Positions 28,141 to 38,315 of a stretch of 64,000 nucleotides of DNA are shown here, piece by piece. The stretch spans positions 416,001 through 480,000 of the forward strand of contig CAWEQH010000001.1 in the NCBI GenBank assembly GCA_963811165.1, in the 5' to 3' direction. This DNA is from an uncultured Nitrospiraceae bacterium (GTDB lineage: Bacteria > Nitrospirota > Thermodesulfovibrionia > Thermodesulfovibrionales > UBA6898). Under the pieces are notes generated by a model. The model worked only from the letters and a program-made list of their open reading frames with translations, did not search any database and was not told the origin of the DNA. Both the position numbers and the translations under genes were made by a program. How positions within the stretch are numbered: position 1 is the stretch's first letter; every line of letters begins with the position of its first letter.

Positions 28141-29484
28141 ATGGCCATAACAAAAAAAGTAGCAGAGAGAATAGAGCAAAAGAAGGGCGACTACCAGGAT
28201 TACAAGTTTAGCCAGATCGAAAACGACGCGCTCAAGACGTTTTTTGACCTTGCGCAGGAGTTCGGGAGTATAGACGACTTTTATACCCTTTGCGTAGCGG
28301 TCCCGAAAAGTTTTTTCGGCCTCGATGCCCGCCTCTATCTCTTTGATCCCAGGATCGAGGACACTACACTTGCGGCGACAACTGAAGAAAGCGAATACGA
28401 ACTGCACGATCCGGCCCCGGACCATATAAAGCCGTCAGAGATCCCGTACTTTACCGACAGGAAGAGCCTTGTTTTGCCTATCCGTGGGAAAAAACTTCTG
28501 ATCAGTCAACTGCCTTTCCATGTGGAGGGCGACATACTCGGGCTGCTTGAGGTCTATCCCGTCGAGAGCATGGATAACCACAGACAGCTTTTTTTCGAGA
28601 AGTACGCAAACCGTATAGGCTTCAGGCTGCACAATAAATTTCTCGTAGAGAAGAATATCGAGCACCTGAGGTTTATCCGTTCCCTTGTGGCCGATATCGA
28701 ACATAACATAATTGTGCCGAATATGGTCTATAAGCTGTTCCTCAGACGCCTCAGGGGCAAGATCATGAAAAACGTCGAAATCGAGGAATTCCTTATGTCA
28801 TGGTATGCCGAAGGGAGATGCGACAAGACATTGATGGAGAATACGCTGAGGGAACTGGCCGATGTAAATCAGGGACTGACGGGTGAGCTCGAAAACCTCG
28901 AAAAGCATTATAAGAATATGTCCCTTTTTATCGAGACCCTTTTCAGAAAGAGCCACTTTGACCAGGGACGTCTCACCCTAAGGACCAAGGCATGCAATAT
29001 GAAAAAGGACGTCGTCCGGCCCCAGCTTGAACGCTATGTCGAGCAGTTCGAGAAGGCCGGCATTTCTATAGACGACAGGATGAGCGGCATCCCGGATGAG
29101 GAGATTATCAATGTGGTGGACGTTGGTTTGATAGCGCAGGTGTACGCAAACCTTTTTTCGAATGCTCTCAAATATACCGGTGAAGTCGAGATACTCGGCA
29201 TTAAGAAAAAATATATCGCTTATGGCCACCAGATCGTTAAAGATTATTTCGGCCCCGGCAAAGACGGCGTGAAGTATAATATTTTCAGCTCCGGTCTGCA
29301 GATCGACCAGAAAGAGCGGGGGAAGCTCTTTGAAGAGGGCTACCGGTCGTCCAATACCGGCGGCGTACCAGGCACGGGCCACGGTCTGGCCTTTGTCAAA
29401 AACGTTATTGAATTGCACGGAGGGGTAGTTGGGTATGAGGCGGTAGATTACGGCAACAACTTCTTCTTTATCCTTCCAAAATAA
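28141..29484 (+). CDS. Cytoplasmic sensor histidine kinase (GAF-like + HATPase), orphan
   Basis: Putative H-box DIEHNI, N-box NLFSNALKY, F-box LFEEGYR, G2 GTGHGL; no TM segment. Confidence 0.85.
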   Translation: MAITKKVAERIEQKKGDYQDYKFSQIENDALKTFFDLAQEFGSIDDFYTLCVAVPKSFFGLDARLYLFDPRIEDTTLAATTEESEYELHDPAPDHIKPSEIPYFTDRKSLVLPIRGKKLLISQLPFHVEGDILGLLEVYPVESMDNHRQLFFEKYANRIGFRLHNKFLVEKNIEHLRFIRSLVADIEHNIIVPNMVYKLFLRRLRGKIMKNVEIEEFLMSWYAEGRCDKTLMENTLRELADVNQGLTGELENLEKHYKNMSLFIETLFRKSHFDQGRLTLRTKACNMKKDVVRPQLERYVEQFEKAGISIDDRMSGIPDEEIINVVDVGLIAQVYANLFSNALKYTGEVEILGIKKKYIAYGHQIVKDYFGPGKDGVKYNIFSSGLQIDQKERGKLFEEGYRSSNTGGVPGTGHGLAFVKNVIELHGGVVGYEAVDYGNNFFFILPK

Positions 29485-29888
29485 GCTCCTGATCGGGTTA
29501 GGACAGTGTTCTGCATTCCTTCTGCAACAGACTTTTTTCAATTATTAATTTTTTTTAATTCCGCTTTAATCAGTATTTAATGTAGCAATAATATAGTTTC
29601 TTAACTCTTAATTTCTTTCACGGGAAAAAATAGCGAAGGAGAAATGAGACGAGCGTAAGAAATTTCAAGGAGTAGTTCCGTCTCGTGTGACGGATGAGGG
29701 CGGCCCTTACCTTAAAGGAAAAAGCCCAATGATCTTTACAACTATATTAGGGAAGGAGGATAACGAGCAGCCGCTTACAAAAGCAGTACATTACGGGGTG
29801 GAGCGCCGGAGTAAATCAATTCAGAAAGGATGTAAATAGTAAAGGGCTTTATTATCTGGAAATCTTAAAAAAATTCTAGGAGGACAGA

Positions 29889-32045
29889 TTGGTGAAGAAG
29901 CTATTTGGAGTTTTAATTTTTTTGATAATGTTGGCGGCCGGTTACGGTAACGCGTCTGCAATATCCACATACTTGACCCAATTCAACACAACCTACGGCA
30001 CCTCCGGGACGGCTCTTAACACCTGCGGGGTTTGTCATATCAACCCGGCAGGCGGCGGCAGCCGCAATTCTTACGGCACTTCCTTCGCAGGTGTCTCTAC
30101 CCACTCTACAAACCCGGCGGGCGCATTTAAGACTATTGAACCGCTCGACTCAGACGGCGACGGGTACACAAATATAGTCGAGATCAATGCAAGGACTTTC
30201 CCCGGCGATGCAACAAGCCATCCGTCTGCCACACCAACGCCGACGCCGACACCAACACCGGTCGGCAGTGATACGACCCCGCCTACGGTGAACGTATTCA
30301 CTATACCTTCCACTTCCAGCTCTTTGTCAGTGACTATATCCGCGATCGCAGCTACGGACAATGTGGGCGTGACGGGATATCTGGTGAACCGCTCATCAAC
30401 GAAGCCTTCTGCAACAGCGACCGGATGGACCGCGACCGCTCCCGCCAGTTACACCGTAAGTGCAGCCGGAACCTATACGCTCTATGCGTGGGCGAAGGAT
30501 GCCGCAGGCAATGTGTCTGCAAGTAAGAGCGCATCCGTAACAGTTTCTTTGTCGGGGGGCACCGGCGGCACTGGTGGAACCGGAGGAACCACCACCGGGA
30601 TTTCCGGCGTGGTAAAGGACATAGTGACAGGCACTGCCATTTCCGGGGCCGTTATCAGTGACGGCACACACACAGCCACCACAAGCAGCACCGGGGCTTA
30701 CAGATTAAATGAGGCAGCCGGGAACTACACTCTCCATATAACCAAATCGGGTTATTTGACAACGACCCAGGTGGCGGCTGTAGTGTCGGGTGCGACAAAA
30801 ACAGTCAACTGGGCGCTGACAAAGAGTTATGGCACGCAGGCCATTCCCGCTTCAAAGATGAGCTACGTGATCCTCGCCTGGAACGACCTCGGCATGCACT
30901 GCGACCAGAATGACTACTCCTATTTTATGGTGCTTCCTCCCTATAACACGCTGCATGCCCAGGTATTCCGGCGCGGAGGCGAAGGGGCGAGCCTAATCAC
31001 CAGCGGCGTTACCGTCAGCTATGCCTTCCCGAAGAAGACAAACTCGGCGCTTCACACCAACTTCTGGGCCTACGCGCCGCAGTATGGATTTAGCGTCCCC
31101 ACCAATGTCGGCATCAGCGGGACGCCTCTTAAGGGGAATATGACGCTCGATGCAAAGGGCCTGAGCTGGCAGGCCGTCGGCATCCCCATAACTCCATATG
31201 ACGATGACGGAACATGGGACCCTTACGGGACAGCTGTTATCACGGTAAAAAACAGCTCAGGTCAGGTCCTTCAGACTGTCAACGTCGTGGCGCCTGTTTC
31301 GACGGAGATGATGTGCAGCAACTGTCACGGCGACGGCACAGCAAACCAGCAGGCCATGCAGCTTAGCATTTTGCAGGCCCATGATGCATTTAACGGGACT
31401 ACTTTGGCGGCTGACCAGGCGAAGGGTACGGTCCATGCCTGCGGCGAGTGCCACCAGGCCAATGCCCTCGGTATGCCGGGCAAGCCCGGGATCGAGAGCC
31501 TCTCGCTTGCTATGCACAATTTCCACAAGGACAAGATGAACACAACGGCTCAGGCAGCGGCCACGACACCTGGCTGCTACAACTGCCATCCCGGATCGAA
31601 GACCCAGTGCATGAGGGGAATTATGGAAAGGGCAGGCAAGACCTGCACTGATTGCCATGGGGACATGTACGGAATGACGGCTACGCTCCAGAACGGGCGC
31701 AGGCCATGGCTGGATGAGCCGACATGCGGTGGCTGTCATGGCGCAGGCTATGCTGAAAACGCCAATACGCTCTACCGCAACTCGGTAATAATGAATGCCC
31801 CAGAGGGTATGAGCGGCAAGATATATTGCGAGGCATGCCATAACAGCACCCATGCGGAGCTGACTACATCCAATCCCGCAGACCCGACGATTCCCCTGAA
31901 GTTCCAGGGAGACAATCGCTGGATATGGAGTTGTACTGTCTGCCACAGCAGTGAGTCACAGCGCTCGATGCACAGAGTAAGCAGTACATCTACTTCCGGT
32001 GGGACTACAAGCGGCAGCGGCACGTCGTCATCTACCGACGACTAA
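29889..32045 (+). CDS. Secreted multidomain octaheme c-type cytochrome
   Basis: Signal peptide; eight CxxCH (CGVCH, CSNCH, CGECH, CYNCH, CTDCH, CGGCH, CEACH, CTVCH); DSDGDG motif, (PT)n linker, Ig-like and carboxypeptidase-regulatory-like segments, WNDLGMHC; AGGAGG RBS with TTG/GTG start. Confidence 0.9.
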   Translation: MVKKLFGVLIFLIMLAAGYGNASAISTYLTQFNTTYGTSGTALNTCGVCHINPAGGGSRNSYGTSFAGVSTHSTNPAGAFKTIEPLDSDGDGYTNIVEINARTFPGDATSHPSATPTPTPTPTPVGSDTTPPTVNVFTIPSTSSSLSVTISAIAATDNVGVTGYLVNRSSTKPSATATGWTATAPASYTVSAAGTYTLYAWAKDAAGNVSASKSASVTVSLSGGTGGTGGTGGTTTGISGVVKDIVTGTAISGAVISDGTHTATTSSTGAYRLNEAAGNYTLHITKSGYLTTTQVAAVVSGATKTVNWALTKSYGTQAIPASKMSYVILAWNDLGMHCDQNDYSYFMVLPPYNTLHAQVFRRGGEGASLITSGVTVSYAFPKKTNSALHTNFWAYAPQYGFSVPTNVGISGTPLKGNMTLDAKGLSWQAVGIPITPYDDDGTWDPYGTAVITVKNSSGQVLQTVNVVAPVSTEMMCSNCHGDGTANQQAMQLSILQAHDAFNGTTLAADQAKGTVHACGECHQANALGMPGKPGIESLSLAMHNFHKDKMNTTAQAAATTPGCYNCHPGSKTQCMRGIMERAGKTCTDCHGDMYGMTATLQNGRRPWLDEPTCGGCHGAGYAENANTLYRNSVIMNAPEGMSGKIYCEACHNSTHAELTTSNPADPTIPLKFQGDNRWIWSCTVCHSSESQRSMHRVSSTSTSGGTTSGSGTSSSTDD

Positions 32046-32056
32046 CAGAGACGTTT

Positions 32057-32096
32057 CTTTGGCAGGAGGGTTTGCGCCCTCCTGCCAAAGTTCTTT
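32057..32096 (+). terminator. Intrinsic terminator after cytochrome gene
   Basis: 14-bp stem CTTTGGCAGGAGGG/CCCTCCTGCCAAAG followed by TTCTTT. Confidence 0.8.
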
Positions 32097-32150
32097 GATG
32101 GACACACTTGTGTGAAAAAAGAAAAGATTGATAGAAAGGGAAGTATACAC

Positions 32151-32555
32151 GTGAAAAAATACAGTTCGTTATTTATAATGCTTTTGGCGGCAGCTGTACT
32201 CATCGTCGCCGGGGCGGGTTGCCAGTCGAAAGATAAGGGAGGACCGAAAGAACTCCTCGACAGATATTTCTCTTCGGCGATAAAACAGGATTATGCCGCA
32301 ACATATGCCTGTTATTATGCCCCCTATATGACAAAGGTCAGCAAGGAGGAATATCTGAAACACCGGAAGGAGGCGTCGGTTTTACAGGCATATAATATTA
32401 ATTTTATAAAGCAAGACGGTGATAATGCCGCACAGGCAGAGGTGCGGCTGACTTTTGCTCCTTCGGAGAAACTTAACAGGAAAGAGGCTGTCACGACTAC
32501 GGTGAAGGAAGACTTGATCAAGGAAGGCGGGCAGTGGAAGATCAAAGTCTGGTAG
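32151..32555 (+). CDS. Lipoprotein, NTF2-like fold
   Basis: Lipobox AGC; DYAATY; C-terminal LIKEGGQWKI. Confidence 0.7.
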   Translation: MKKYSSLFIMLLAAAVLIVAGAGCQSKDKGGPKELLDRYFSSAIKQDYAATYACYYAPYMTKVSKEEYLKHRKEASVLQAYNINFIKQDGDNAAQAEVRLTFAPSEKLNRKEAVTTTVKEDLIKEGGQWKIKVW

Positions 32556-32688
32556 CTACAGACTTTTCATTCTCCTGAGGGCAAGGTCCTCATTTTTTTC
32601 TTAAGGCATTCTTCCTTTTTTGGTAAGATTTATCTGACGGGACAGATTGTCTCAAGTAATATACATCTATCCGAAAGAGGAGGCTGAA

Positions 32689-33114
32689 GTGGCAAAGATT
32701 ACAAAAAAGGAATTAATCACACTGCTCAATAAAGACCTGGGTCTTGAGTATACGGCGATTGTGCAGTATACGCAGCACCAAGGTACCTTGAAAGGCGCCA
32801 TGTATCAAAGCATCCAGAAGGAGTTGATCATTCACGCGCAGGAGGAACTTGCTCACGCCACCATTTTGGCAGCACAGATCGATTATCTCGGCGGGGTGCC
32901 CACCGTCACTATGCCGCCGGCCAAGATATCGAAAGACAGCGTGACGATGCTGAAGCAGGACCTTGCAGGCGAAAATGACGCGATCGCCAGGTACATCCAA
33001 AGGATCAAACAGGCCGAGGAACTGAATCTCTACCATCTTGCCCAGCAGCTGAGAATTATCCTCGCCATGGAGCAGGAACACGCGATGGACCTCGAACAGG
33101 CGCTGGGGAAATAG
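32689..33114 (+). CDS. Ferritin-like (bacterioferritin-related) protein
   Basis: LNKDLGLEYTAIVQY, EELAHA, LGGVP, EQEHA diiron ExxH motifs; GAGGAGG RBS before GTG. Confidence 0.85.
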   Translation: MAKITKKELITLLNKDLGLEYTAIVQYTQHQGTLKGAMYQSIQKELIIHAQEELAHATILAAQIDYLGGVPTVTMPPAKISKDSVTMLKQDLAGENDAIARYIQRIKQAEELNLYHLAQQLRIILAMEQEHAMDLEQALGK

Positions 33115-33210
33115 ACGGCCGCTTCATATGCCCTGAATTAAGAAAGGGGATTCGGAGCTCTCATTGCTGCGAGTCCCCTCATTAGACAACAACTCGCCTC
33201 GTTCTCGACA

Positions 33211-33630
33211 TCACGTGCAGCGCTTGATTAGCCATTGTTCATGGTTCTTGTCTAAAGTAACATCAAGCCATTCCAGAGCGTCCTCGATGCCCCTGAAAAC
33301 TTCCGTATTGAGGCCAATGCCATCAACAAGTGCCTGATGCACTCGTGAGGAGCTATATGAATCATCCTTCGGCGACACAAAAGCGCATCTCTCGCCGGTA
33401 AATATACTGGCAAGTCTCACCTTCATCCGGGCGATTGAATATGCTTCTTCCATAGAAATTCTGATGCTATTAATAGTTCTGTAATCGATGAGCTTTTTCA
33501 TTGGCGCTTTATACCTATAGTCCAGGGACAAGGCGGCAAGATGTTCCATTACATTAATTCCAGTAATCACATCGCAGCCTTTTGCCAGTACTAATTTTTT
33601 GTCCATTATGATGTCATATTCGATAGACAT
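33211..33630 (-). CDS. Hypothetical protein (STAS/SpoIIAA-like)
   Basis: KLIDYR, RCAFVS, EVFRGIEDALEWL C-terminal pattern. Confidence 0.6.
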   Translation of the reverse strand: MSIEYDIIMDKKLVLAKGCDVITGINVMEHLAALSLDYRYKAPMKKLIDYRTINSIRISMEEAYSIARMKVRLASIFTGERCAFVSPKDDSYSSSRVHQALVDGIGLNTEVFRGIEDALEWLDVTLDKNHEQWLIKRCT

Positions 33631-33684
33631 TTTATAATTACCCTATCCCGATTAACATGAAAATTTTTGAGTTTCCGTCCATGC

Positions 33685-33963
33685 TCAAGGGAATGGGTCA
33701 TTGATGATAGATAACCCCACTCGATAAGCATCGTCTGATTGTTTACACCATTTGACCGCGGCAAAATGAAGATTGTTCTCCTTGTGCCTATCGACCCAAT
33801 ATAACATCTGATTTGGTTCGAGGGAGAATCTTGTCGATATCTCTATTTCGAACTCACCCAGACTCAGGACTTTGCCTTCTGCTTCTTCTCTCCTAAATGC
33901 GGACCCTTCCATGTACAAAACTGTGAAGGCTATGCCATAACCCGTCGATAAATCATGCCACAC
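33685..33963 (-). CDS. Small hypothetical protein, possibly PilZ-like barrel
   Basis: AAVKWCK...YRVGL C-terminal pattern. Confidence 0.45.
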   Translation of the reverse strand: MWHDLSTGYGIAFTVLYMEGSAFRREEAEGKVLSLGEFEIEISTRFSLEPNQMLYWVDRHKENNLHFAAVKWCKQSDDAYRVGLSIINDPFP

Positions 33964-34154
33964 GGTTTTCCCCCTCGGGGTTCTTTCTTTCGCGATAAGT
34001 CCTTCGTATAGTCATCGGATTGCAGTTATAGGTAAATGTTATAAGAAGCAACCAATTTATAGACAAAGCATATGACTAAATGATAGGGGAGTCAAGAACC
34101 CTATTATGCTTGTTTTCGAACCCTATCCATCTATGTTATAGAACACTCGCCCAA

Positions 34155-34796
34155 TTAATATGAAAATTGCACGTTCCCAGCCCTACCTGTGTTTTTCCCA
34201 GAATACCCTACCCCGATTACCAAGCAAATTGTGACATCATACAGCCCTTTATAAATTATGGCTATGAGCTTTGCTGATTCATATAAGGCATTCAGCAGCA
34301 TGAACTTGGCAAAGTCCGGAGTAAGAATCTTTTTCAATTTCTCCAGCTCTGCTTCCTTGGGTTCATCAGAATGAAAATAATGAGCATTGAACCACAGGTC
34401 TATCACCAGAGAGGCAGTCATTCGTTTGCTGCCGATTTTCATCTGAAGAGCATTTCCGAACAGGGCTTGATGCCACTTGACTTTCATCATTTTTAGGAAC
34501 TTGCGCCCTTCTGCCTGTGCTGCGTGCTTGCCTAGAATAGAGAGTATTTTCAGGAAATGCGTCTGCTCATCTTGAAGATAGAAAAAGCGAAACGCCATTA
34601 AGAACTCAGCGATCTGCTCTTCGGGAGGAAGAGACGCCTCAAACTAGACCTTCTCCGCTTCGTAGTGCACTCGGCCTTGTATGTGGGACGCACCGCCCGT
34701 GACTAATTTCGTCTTAGCAAGTTGCTCTGCTCGTTTGCAGAACGCTTTTAGAGCCTTCCATTCAGCGTCGCTCAGTTTGTTGGAAATTGTCGGCGT
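34155..34796 (-). pseudogene. Decayed hypothetical gene (ACG where ATG expected; in-frame TAG at 34644-34646)
   Basis: The 34155-34598 frame continues upstream through one TAG (...YEAEKV*FEASLPPEEQIAEFLMAFRFF...) to an ACG preceded by GAGGA. Confidence 0.6.
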
Positions 34797-34809
34797 AATA
34801 TCCTCACGG

Positions 34810-35442
34810 TCAAGAATCTTTCGGTGCTTTCTTATCTCGTTCTTTAATTAACGTTGCTAATGCTCTCGCTTGTGATGGCTTCTCCCTGTGTGCCCATCTT
34901 TCGAGCTGCGGATTATAACCGTATCGGATCTCAGAATCATCGGAATAAACATTGTACCAGCAGTTCCCCTCATCTGCAGGAGCAAGGATAACGAATTTCT
35001 GCCCTTCAATCTCGGTTTCTATTTTATCCGTACACTGGAATCCTGCATCATAAGATTCCAGTCGTGCAAACTCCGCTTTATACATTCGTAAGTTTACGGG
35101 AATAATTCCCTTTTTTAGTTTTTCTGTCTCCAAGAAAGCCTTTATGAGATGTTTACATAAGCGGCGCGGATCACTGGTTTCATATTTATTGCGTGTCGTT
35201 ATGAAATCCGGGCATGTGCAGGTTATGAGTTGAATATCCACGTCATAGTAAGTTCCTCTGTCCGTAATGCTTTCCACTTTGATACTAAAATGTGCATCAT
35301 CTGATATATCTACAGACGAGACCTCACTTACATCTTTATAACCAGAATTTACTGACGATTTTGCAGCAGTCTTCGGTCTGAGTAATATCCTATAGAGCGC
35401 ATAAAAGAGAAATATGACGATTACTAAGATAATGGCATTCAT
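34810..35442 (-). CDS. Membrane-anchored SWIM zinc-finger protein
   Basis: N-terminal TM helix; CTCPDF...RLCKH (CxC...CxH). Confidence 0.75.
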   Translation of the reverse strand: MNAIILVIVIFLFYALYRILLRPKTAAKSSVNSGYKDVSEVSSVDISDDAHFSIKVESITDRGTYYDVDIQLITCTCPDFITTRNKYETSDPRRLCKHLIKAFLETEKLKKGIIPVNLRMYKAEFARLESYDAGFQCTDKIETEIEGQKFVILAPADEGNCWYNVYSDDSEIRYGYNPQLERWAHREKPSQARALATLIKERDKKAPKDS

Positions 35443-35562
35443 TAGTTCGTAATGACGACAATATACCACGAAAGGGCGGGACAGACAAGAGAAGAGGAGA
35501 CGCGCGTAGCGAGATGCGACTGACTACTCTCCGCTTTTGAGCACCTGCTCCGTAGAACAAGG

Positions 35563-36675
35563 TTATTTTCTTTTTAGTCTCCTGACAGCCTTCCCCAGGA
35601 GAGGTTCTTTTGTACGCAGCGCGGCGTGAGGACATACTTCTATGCAGCAGTAGCAGCGTATGCACTTTTCGTAATCAATTTTAATTCTTTGCCCTTCCCG
35701 AGATATCGCCTTGGCAGGGCAGTACTTCCAGCACTCTCCGCATAGTCTGCATAACGAGGGGTTCGGCAGGGGCCTCTGCACAAGATGCCGCCTCATAAAA
35801 CCATGGAGTATCTGAGGCCCAAAGACGAGTGGGACGATAGCAGGGAAGTGAAAGTCGGGTATCACCGGGATGTCTCCCTGAACTTCTATGTCTTTGGGGA
35901 TGTGGCCCGCGTCGCGGGCCGCCTTAACGGTGAAGACACTATATGGTTCGATCCCGAGCATTCTGCAAATGGTAATATCAAGTGCATTTGCATCGTTGCT
36001 CCCCGCGATAATCCCAAGTTCCCGCGGGGTGCCGCTCTTGCCGGGCCCCTCGCCTTCCATCGCGAGGATGCCGTCAAGGATGGTAACAGCCGGCCTGACG
36101 GCGTTATGAATCTTTACCAGCAGAGAGGCAAAAAGCTCCCTGTTCGCCCCGGCCCTGAAGTGCCATTCGGGTTTTCTCATGCCGACGATGCAGCCGAAAA
36201 GGTTCTTCACTCCAAGCGTCATGAGCATCTGGGTATGGGTCTTCAGTTTGGGCAGGTTGATGAGAAGGTCGGCATCCATTGCGTCTTTTGCTATCTCGAT
36301 CTTTCTGAAGGGCTCGCCCACGTCAATCTCGACGGATTCCTTGAACTCCCTGAATTCGACGTCTAAGCCCTTCAGGGCATTCCTGAGACCGCTTTCATTA
36401 AGGACCTTCTCGAAGCTCCCCATGGCCTGGCTGTCCGATATCCGGACGCGTCCGCCTTTTTGAATCACGTATTCGGAAACGGCCTTTACTACCAAGGGGT
36501 GGGTCACCATCGCCCTGTCTGGACGTGCCGGTGCCAGGAGGTTCGGTTTGATCAGAACGCGGCTGCCCGACCGGACTTTGTCACCACAGAAGGAATCTAT
36601 AATCTCAAAAATAAGAGGCCTCAGGATTTGATACTCATAAGAAGCCTTCCTGATAATGACTGTGGAGTCGCGCAT
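35563..36675 (-). CDS. DUF362 + 2x[4Fe-4S] ferredoxin-domain protein
   Basis: VLIKPNLL, INLPKLKTH, GVKNLFG, MEGEGP; CRLCGECWKYCP and CIRCYCCIEVCP. Confidence 0.9.
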   Translation of the reverse strand: MRDSTVIIRKASYEYQILRPLIFEIIDSFCGDKVRSGSRVLIKPNLLAPARPDRAMVTHPLVVKAVSEYVIQKGGRVRISDSQAMGSFEKVLNESGLRNALKGLDVEFREFKESVEIDVGEPFRKIEIAKDAMDADLLINLPKLKTHTQMLMTLGVKNLFGCIVGMRKPEWHFRAGANRELFASLLVKIHNAVRPAVTILDGILAMEGEGPGKSGTPRELGIIAGSNDANALDITICRMLGIEPYSVFTVKAARDAGHIPKDIEVQGDIPVIPDFHFPAIVPLVFGPQILHGFMRRHLVQRPLPNPSLCRLCGECWKYCPAKAISREGQRIKIDYEKCIRCYCCIEVCPHAALRTKEPLLGKAVRRLKRK

Positions 36676-36913
36676 ATATCGTGGTAGTTTAGCTCATTCT
36701 TTCTGAATAGGCCAGAACAACGATCTTGAGCATGTCATGTCACCGAAGTGCGGAGACGACCCGCTGTTTGTACGGCCTTATTGTGAACCTATGGATGATT
36801 TTTGCGGATAAAACAGAGAGGAAAGAAAAGAGTGCTGAGTTGCACCCGACAAAATTCGCGCATCCGATGCCCGGTCATGATATAATTCATGATATCATTT
36901 GAGGAGGATTGTC

Positions 36914-37132
36914 ATGGCAAAACGTGCGGGCGCTTACAAAAGCGAAAAGAGGAAAAAAGAGTTGATGCGTCAGAAGAAGCAGGATGAGAAGAGGAAGAGG
37001 CGGTTATACAAGGCTGACGGATCGCCGCAAGACGCTGAGGGGATGGAACAGGCTGAGGGTTCGGAGCAGACCGAAGGCCAGGAGCCGGCAGTTACAGATG
37101 CTAACGCGGCCGAAACCGAGCCAAAAGAATAA
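36914..37132 (+). CDS. Small hypothetical protein (basic N-half, acidic C-half)
   Basis: GAGGAGG RBS; extended -10 TGATATAAT upstream. Confidence 0.7.
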   Translation: MAKRAGAYKSEKRKKELMRQKKQDEKRKRRLYKADGSPQDAEGMEQAEGSEQTEGQEPAVTDANAAETEPKE

Positions 37133-37144
37133 TCCTGCAGAAGA

Positions 37145-37489
37145 TCATCCGGGAGGCCAGTGCATATGCCTTCCGCCCAGAATATGGATATGGAGATGAT
37201 ACACGGTCTGGCCCGCCTCCGGATTTGTGTTTACCACCAGACGAAAGCCCCTTTCCGCGATTCCTTTTTCCCTTGCGATTTCCCCTGCCGTCCGGAATAA
37301 ATGACCGAGGAGCGCACCGTCTTCCTCTTCTATGTCGAGCGTTGTGGAAATATGTTTTTTGGGGATCACCAGTGTATGTACCGGAGCCTGGGGGTTTATA
37401 TCTTCTAATGCCAATACGCTTTCATCTTCGTAGATGATCTTCGCCGTGACTTTCCTTGAAATTATTTTGCAGAATAAACAATTAGTCAT
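37145..37489 (-). CDS. hinT: Histidine triad nucleotide-binding protein (HinT-like)
   Basis: CLFCKI, DINPQAPVH, AGQTVYHLHIHILGGR, WPPG. Confidence 0.95.
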   Translation of the reverse strand: MTNCLFCKIISRKVTAKIIYEDESVLALEDINPQAPVHTLVIPKKHISTTLDIEEEDGALLGHLFRTAGEIAREKGIAERGFRLVVNTNPEAGQTVYHLHIHILGGRHMHWPPG

Positions 37490-37493
37490 CTTA

Positions 37494-37781
37494 CTATCTT
37501 CTCTTTTTCCTGTACCTGTCCTCCAGCTCCGTAAATACCTCGGCATGGCTTATTCCTTCATCCGCCATAAGGACGAGACAATGGAACCACAGGTCGGCCA
37601 TTTCGTATATGGTCTGTTTTTTGTCTCCGGTTTTTGCAGCAATGATGACCTCGATCGACTCTTCGCCAATCTTCTTCAGGATCTCATCCTTCCCTTTTGA
37701 AAGGAGTGAGGAAACATAAGAGTCTGTACTCGGGGTACTTTTTCTTTCGAGAATTATCTGGTAAATATCATCGAGTATCAT
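37494..37781 (-). CDS. hisE: Phosphoribosyl-ATP pyrophosphatase
   Basis: SYVSSL, ILKKIGEE, YEMADLWFH. Confidence 0.95.
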   Translation of the reverse strand: MILDDIYQIILERKSTPSTDSYVSSLLSKGKDEILKKIGEESIEVIIAAKTGDKKQTIYEMADLWFHCLVLMADEGISHAEVFTELEDRYRKKRR

Positions 37782-37840
37782 TTGTCCAGCCAGCCATCAG
37801 ATGAAGACGACAATCTCGGCCGCTGCCGCCCGCTGATAGC

Positions 37841-38215
37841 TTATTCTTTCTTCCCGTACACATCTTCTGCCGAAAAAACTTTTTCTTCGACCTCTTTGCC
37901 CTCGATATCGGTGAAGAAACAGGACCTGTGCCCAGTGTGGCATGCGCCCGGCCCCTTCTGTATTACCTTAATAAGAAGGGTGTCCCGGTCGCAGTCAAAG
38001 AGGATTGTCTTTACCTCCTGGACGTGTCCTGACGATTCGCCTTTTTTCCAATATTTCTGCCTCGACCTCGACCAGAAATGGGTGAACCCCGTGGCTATCG
38101 TCTTTCCGAGAGACTCCGAGTTCATGTATGCCATCATCAGCACCTCATTGCTTACCGCATCCTGCACTATCGCAGGGATGAGGCCTCGTTCGTCGTATTT
38201 AAGATCGGGTAGCAT
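37841..38215 (-). CDS. hisI: Phosphoribosyl-AMP cyclohydrolase
   Basis: [37 protein letters not shown]. Confidence 0.97.
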   Translation of the reverse strand: MLPDLKYDERGLIPAIVQDAVSNEVLMMAYMNSESLGKTIATGFTHFWSRSRQKYWKKGESSGHVQEVKTILFDCDRDTLLIKVIQKGPGACHTGHRSCFFTDIEGKEVEEKVFSAEDVYGKKE

Positions 38216-38315
38216 TTGTCCTCCAAAATTATCAGGCAATATATTGTGCGGCAGTTTGGTGTTACCGGTCAAGTTGTTTGTTCCGTAAACATCCCAACAC
38301 ATGGCGATTAGTACT

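Noticed and set aside
29485..29888. GEMM-I (c-di-GMP/cGAMP) riboswitch ahead of the cytochrome
   Set aside because: No recognisable GGCAAA/GAAA-tetraloop/GCAAAGC core
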